A DNA stretch of 64,000 nt from Nitrosopumilaceae archaeon (GTDB taxonomy: Archaea > Thermoproteota > Nitrososphaeria > Nitrososphaerales > Nitrosopumilaceae), in the NCBI GenBank assembly GCA_965209085.1, contig OZ242376.1, forward strand, positions 96,001 through 160,000, read 5' to 3'. Positions 60,519 to 64,000 of the stretch are shown piece by piece. A model generated the notes under the pieces. It saw nothing but the letters and a program-made list of their open reading frames with translations. It ran no database searches and had not been told where the DNA came from. The position numbers and the translations under genes were made by a program. Within the stretch, counting starts at the first letter, position 1, and the number at the start of each line of letters is the position of its first letter.

Positions 60519-61640
60519 TTAACGATGATGTATTTCAAATTCACTCCTATCCTTTAGCATACGAAATATGATATCCAGCATCTTGGCCGCTGCTGCAACT
60601 TTGGCCTTGGATGATCCTCTCTTTTTTGCAAGACGCCGGTAAAATTCAGAAATGTTACTCTCTGATGCAAATCGGACATGTGTGGTAACAGCTTCCACCA
60701 ATGCCCACCGCATCATCCTGCTGCCTCTTTTTGTTATATGTCCGTGATGGACCACATCTGCTGAATTACGAACCGATGGGGCAAGACCCGCATATGATTT
60801 GAGTTGTTTTGGTTCAGAAAATCTCTCAACTCCATCAATCTCTGCTGCCAGTATCAATGAAATAAAATCACCTATGCCAGGTATTATCTTGAGCAACATT
60901 GCATCCTTGTTTGAACAGGATGCGTTGTGTACCTTTATGTTTGAGTCTGCAATTTTTGTATTAACGAATCCAATAGAATCCAAATATCCGTTTATACGGT
61001 AATCCTTTAGAGAACGCAGTTTTCTATTGTATGTAAGCGTAAATGTTGCTCCAAAGATCTTTATCCCTCCCTGTAATAAAATTCCATGTATTTTGTTTTT
61101 TAGAGTTGTCCTTGTCTTGACAAGACTGTCGCGATATCGTACAAGTTGCCGTTGTTCCACTATGTCCTTGTTTGAGACATGACAGAGGGATATGTATCCG
61201 CATCGTAACAGATCTGCAAGTGTTACAGCATCCCTCTTGTCGGTCTTTTTCTTGGATGCGGCGATGATTTTTGTCGCCCATGGATTTGACAATACGACAT
61301 TATAACCCATTTTATCTGTCATGTATCGATATAGACCGTACCATACGGATGAAGATTCCATTACGATTTTTGCATTTTCAGGTACGCTTGATCTGAAGAA
61401 TCGACTGATGGACTTGTTTTCATTTTCAATCCTCTCATTAAAAATCACTTTGGCTTTTTTATCCATCATTGCAACTTGAAGAAATTTCTTGTGAACGTCC
61501 ATTCCAACAAACATATTCTTCCCAGAATATGTGGTAATCTGTTTGTTTGCATTTGGATCTTTTTTAGATGATTTACGTTTCGGTGATACGGATCGTTTGA
61601 CATTCTTACAACCATCTGTGGTCTTAGAAGCTCTCTTCAC
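60519..61640 (-). CDS. IS110 family transposase/recombinase
   Basis: DEDD residues (GMDVHK, MESS, KTDKRDA), IPGIG, YAGLAP...SA, ARK-like AAKML; alternative start at 61514. Confidence 0.95.
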   Translation of the reverse strand: MKRASKTTDGCKNVKRSVSPKRKSSKKDPNANKQITTYSGKNMFVGMDVHKKFLQVAMMDKKAKVIFNERIENENKSISRFFRSSVPENAKIVMESSSVWYGLYRYMTDKMGYNVVLSNPWATKIIAASKKKTDKRDAVTLADLLRCGYISLCHVSNKDIVEQRQLVRYRDSLVKTRTTLKNKIHGILLQGGIKIFGATFTLTYNRKLRSLKDYRINGYLDSIGFVNTKIADSNIKVHNASCSNKDAMLLKIIPGIGDFISLILAAEIDGVERFSEPKQLKSYAGLAPSVRNSADVVHHGHITKRGSRMMRWALVEAVTTHVRFASESNISEFYRRLAKKRGSSKAKVAAAAKMLDIIFRMLKDRSEFEIHHR

Positions 61641-61772
61641 ATATGGTTATGCATAATCGTTCAAATTGGTCATTTTTATTCGTAAAAATTGTGAATTTGA
61701 CCCATTATGCATGAAGTCTAATGAAGATGTATGCATAAAATAACACGAGGTACTGACCTCATACATTTTGAC

Positions 61773-61853
61773 ACGTAAGTTTATGCTGTGCCTATAATTT
61801 ACACGAAAAATCAAGATCTAGGCACAAAATAAGACTGGGCGTTGACCTCATAC
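61773..61853. repeat. degenerate tandem copy of repeat family A
   Basis: TGCCTATAATTTAC...AAGATCTAGGCACAAAATA...TGACCTCATAC. Confidence 0.75.
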
Positions 61854-61948
61854 ATTTTGATAGAAATTGCATGCGTGGTCATTTTATATCTGATAATTCT
61901 AGGCGACATTATATCGTTATATCCAAATATGCCGTTATCACAGATAAT

Positions 61949-62692
61949 ATGATGTTAAAGGATAAAGTGGCAATAATAACCGGTGCAAGTAGCGGCATTG
62001 GACGAGCTACTGCCATCGCACTAGCCGGCCAGGGTTGTAAAGTGGCCATTGGAGCTAGAAGAACATCCAATCTTGAAAAACTACAAGATGAAATTGAAAA
62101 ATCCGGTGGACAGGCTTTTGCACAAAAGCTTGATGTTTCTGATAGACATAGCTGTGAATCATTTGTAAAAGAAGTTTTAAAAAAATGGAACGAAGTGGAC
62201 ATACTGGTAAACAATGCTGGTCTTATGCCGTTGAGTTTTTTTAAGAATTTAAAATATGACGAATGGGATCAAATGATCGACGTAAACATAAAAGGTGTTC
62301 TCTACTGTACCGGCGCGGTCATTAATCACATGAAATCCAAAAAATCTGGTCATATTGTAAATATTTCATCCGTTGCAGGAAGAATTGTTTTTCCTTCTGG
62401 CAGTGTTTATTGTGCTACAAAACATGCCGTAACCGCATTAAGCGAAGGACTTCGTCAGGAATTTAGCGCACGTTCGAACATACGTGTAACATGCATAGAA
62501 CCTGGTGTTGTGGCAACAGAACTAACCCACACTATAACCGATGAATCCTTGAAAGATTTTGTCGATAAAGCAAAAACCATGGAATCTCTTTCAGCCGATG
62601 ATATTGCAAAAGCAATTGTATATGCCGTGGATTCCCCTATGAATGTAAACGTAAACGAGATTCTCATAAGACCTACTACGCAGGAGCGTTAG
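61949..62692 (+). CDS. short-chain dehydrogenase/reductase
   Basis: TGASSGIG, NNAG, YCATK; start moved to MMLKDK. Confidence 0.93.
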   Translation: MMLKDKVAIITGASSGIGRATAIALAGQGCKVAIGARRTSNLEKLQDEIEKSGGQAFAQKLDVSDRHSCESFVKEVLKKWNEVDILVNNAGLMPLSFFKNLKYDEWDQMIDVNIKGVLYCTGAVINHMKSKKSGHIVNISSVAGRIVFPSGSVYCATKHAVTALSEGLRQEFSARSNIRVTCIEPGVVATELTHTITDESLKDFVDKAKTMESLSADDIAKAIVYAVDSPMNVNVNEILIRPTTQER

Positions 62693-63407
62693 GTTCTTCC
62701 CACTGCCATTTGTAATTAATGTAGGAATCTGAACGATTTTGATCGAATACTATTATTGTCATCGCTGAAAATTCTTTTCCCTTTAGATCGTCAACACGCC
62801 CGGTAAATGCCGTCTCTTTGTCGGTAGTTAAATTTTCAAAAACTGTAACTTTGATGGATTTGGTGTTAATATTGTTTTTTTCCAAATACATTGCAATTTC
62901 TGATGGCATAAAGTGTTTTTCCGGCATTTTGGGCCAAGGTCTAGGAACAAGAATCACGTTCATACCATTCTCCAAAGTTTGGCACAATTCCTTCTTTTTT
63001 TCCTCTATGGATCCGGTTACATGCATTGTAATTATCCTGGATTTATCTAGAGGTACGTGCGTTTTTGCTGCCGCAATCTGTATAGAGCTTATGCCAGCAT
63101 GCAATTCAACATGATCAAAAATCTCCACTAGTCTGTCTATCACTTCGGATTCTGAAAAATTAACATCTCCAGTAAATGGTATGACCAATGTTTTATTTCC
63201 CAATGTTTTTTTGGCTTTCTGATACGCCTCTTCTTGATTTGACATTGTAATTATCACAGTTTCTTTTCCTACAAGCAGATGTTTTATCGTATCCAGCGTA
63301 TACTGATAACCTATTACCATGTCGCAATTTCTAATAATTTTTTCAACTTTTACAGTTACACAATCAGGTGATCCTGGACCAACTCCTACTGCAAAAACAT
63401 TGACCAA
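62676..63407 (-). CDS. cbiE: cobalt-precorrin-7/precorrin-6Y methyltransferase CbiE
   Basis: VGVGPG, TGD..FS, GISS.Q.AAA, FENLT. Confidence 0.85.
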   Translation of the reverse strand: MVNVFAVGVGPGSPDCVTVKVEKIIRNCDMVIGYQYTLDTIKHLLVGKETVIITMSNQEEAYQKAKKTLGNKTLVIPFTGDVNFSESEVIDRLVEIFDHVELHAGISSIQIAAAKTHVPLDKSRIITMHVTGSIEEKKKELCQTLENGMNVILVPRPWPKMPEKHFMPSEIAMYLEKNNINTKSIKVTVFENLTTDKETAFTGRVDDLKGKEFSAMTIIVFDQNRSDSYINYKWQWEEPNAPA

Positions 63408-63408
63408 A

Positions 63409-63900
63409 TTATTTGGTCACCATTCGTCGGTTATTAATAAATTGTACAAATGGACTCCAATCAACTTTCATAAACTTTGTAGGCTCCTTGACAGGATATT
63501 TTACCCAATCTTGCGCCACCGAATATTGGTGTTTTTCATTTTTTCCGTTTTTTAAATATTCTACAGTTAACACACTACCCCATTCTTTTTCATCATATTC
63601 CAAATTTAGTATATCATTGAAAGAAAGAATTGTATTTTTAGGATTTTTTTGATCAATGACTAGATCTTTTTCATCATATCCATCATGATGTATCATTGTA
63701 TCTTTTGATTTCATAAAAATAAGAGCTTGGCGCTGAGTAATTGCTTTCCACCATTTTATTTTGGCAGTTGTTTTGTGTATAAATGACAAATGCTTGTCGG
63801 TAAGAATTAGCATACCTTCCCTGCCTCCGATGGACAGGAATTTCTTTGATTCTCTCCATATGGAGACTACGTGAGCTCTAATTTCTTCATCATTTTCCAT
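63409..63900 (-). CDS. conserved hypothetical protein (PH-like)
   Basis: G.L.LTDKHL.F pattern. Confidence 0.65.
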   Translation of the reverse strand: MENDEEIRAHVVSIWRESKKFLSIGGREGMLILTDKHLSFIHKTTAKIKWWKAITQRQALIFMKSKDTMIHHDGYDEKDLVIDQKNPKNTILSFNDILNLEYDEKEWGSVLTVEYLKNGKNEKHQYSVAQDWVKYPVKEPTKFMKVDWSPFVQFINNRRMVTK

Positions 63901-64000
63901 AATGAAATCTCATACATAACGTGTTAAAAACTAATTACTCCAAATCTGGCATTATGATTCTGATTTGTATTATTATACGGCATAACTACGTTAAATAGGC

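Larger units (their letters stand above)
60307..61719 (-). mobile_element. IS110-family (IS1111-like) insertion sequence
   Basis: Ends defined by the empty site; AAT at both junctions; imperfect terminal IR AGACCGTATCCAT / ATGCATGAAGTCT; about 210-bp non-coding end downstream of the transposase. Confidence 0.88.
60268..61764. repeat. repeat family A copy split by the IS110 insertion (halves 60268-60306 and 61720-61764)
   Basis: Joining the halves at AAT reconstitutes the 55507-55587 sequence. Confidence 0.88.

Noticed and set aside
61515-61640. Basic N-terminal extension of the transposase as a novel domain
   Set aside because: Start cannot be resolved; ATG 61514 gives a canonical N-terminus

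Overview
Chromosomal segment of an ammonia-oxidising archaeon (Nitrososphaerota, most likely Nitrosopumilaceae). The assignment rests on Amt, PolD DP2, GGGP synthase, thermosome, GINS, PEFG-/CFI-box-CTERM surface proteins and cupredoxins. The livHM permeases and many small mobile repeats hint at a host-associated lineage (inference). Most of the window is housekeeping: amt, A-ATPase C, pyrH, tmk, riboflavin operon, copper/surface cluster, pyrB, ubiD, hmgA, polC, glyA, ths, glnA, cbiE. Three things stand out. (1) An IS110-family element (60307-61719) sits precisely in the loop of an ~81-bp palindromic intergenic repeat. An empty copy of that repeat is at 55507-55587. The element's 3' non-coding end holds two stem-loops with exact matches to the target and to its own end (candidate bridge/seek RNA). 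A 78-bp non-autonomous derivative lies just upstream of livH. (2) A hybrid type IV pilus plus VirB4/PrgI-like DNA-transfer gene set is split into blocks among core genes. (3) A dense ATCAC/GTGAT motif cluster runs through a membrane-anchored winged-helix gene, next to a 133-bp tandem repeat. No rRNA, tRNA or CRISPR array was recognised. All family assignments come from motif recognition by eye; no searches were run.
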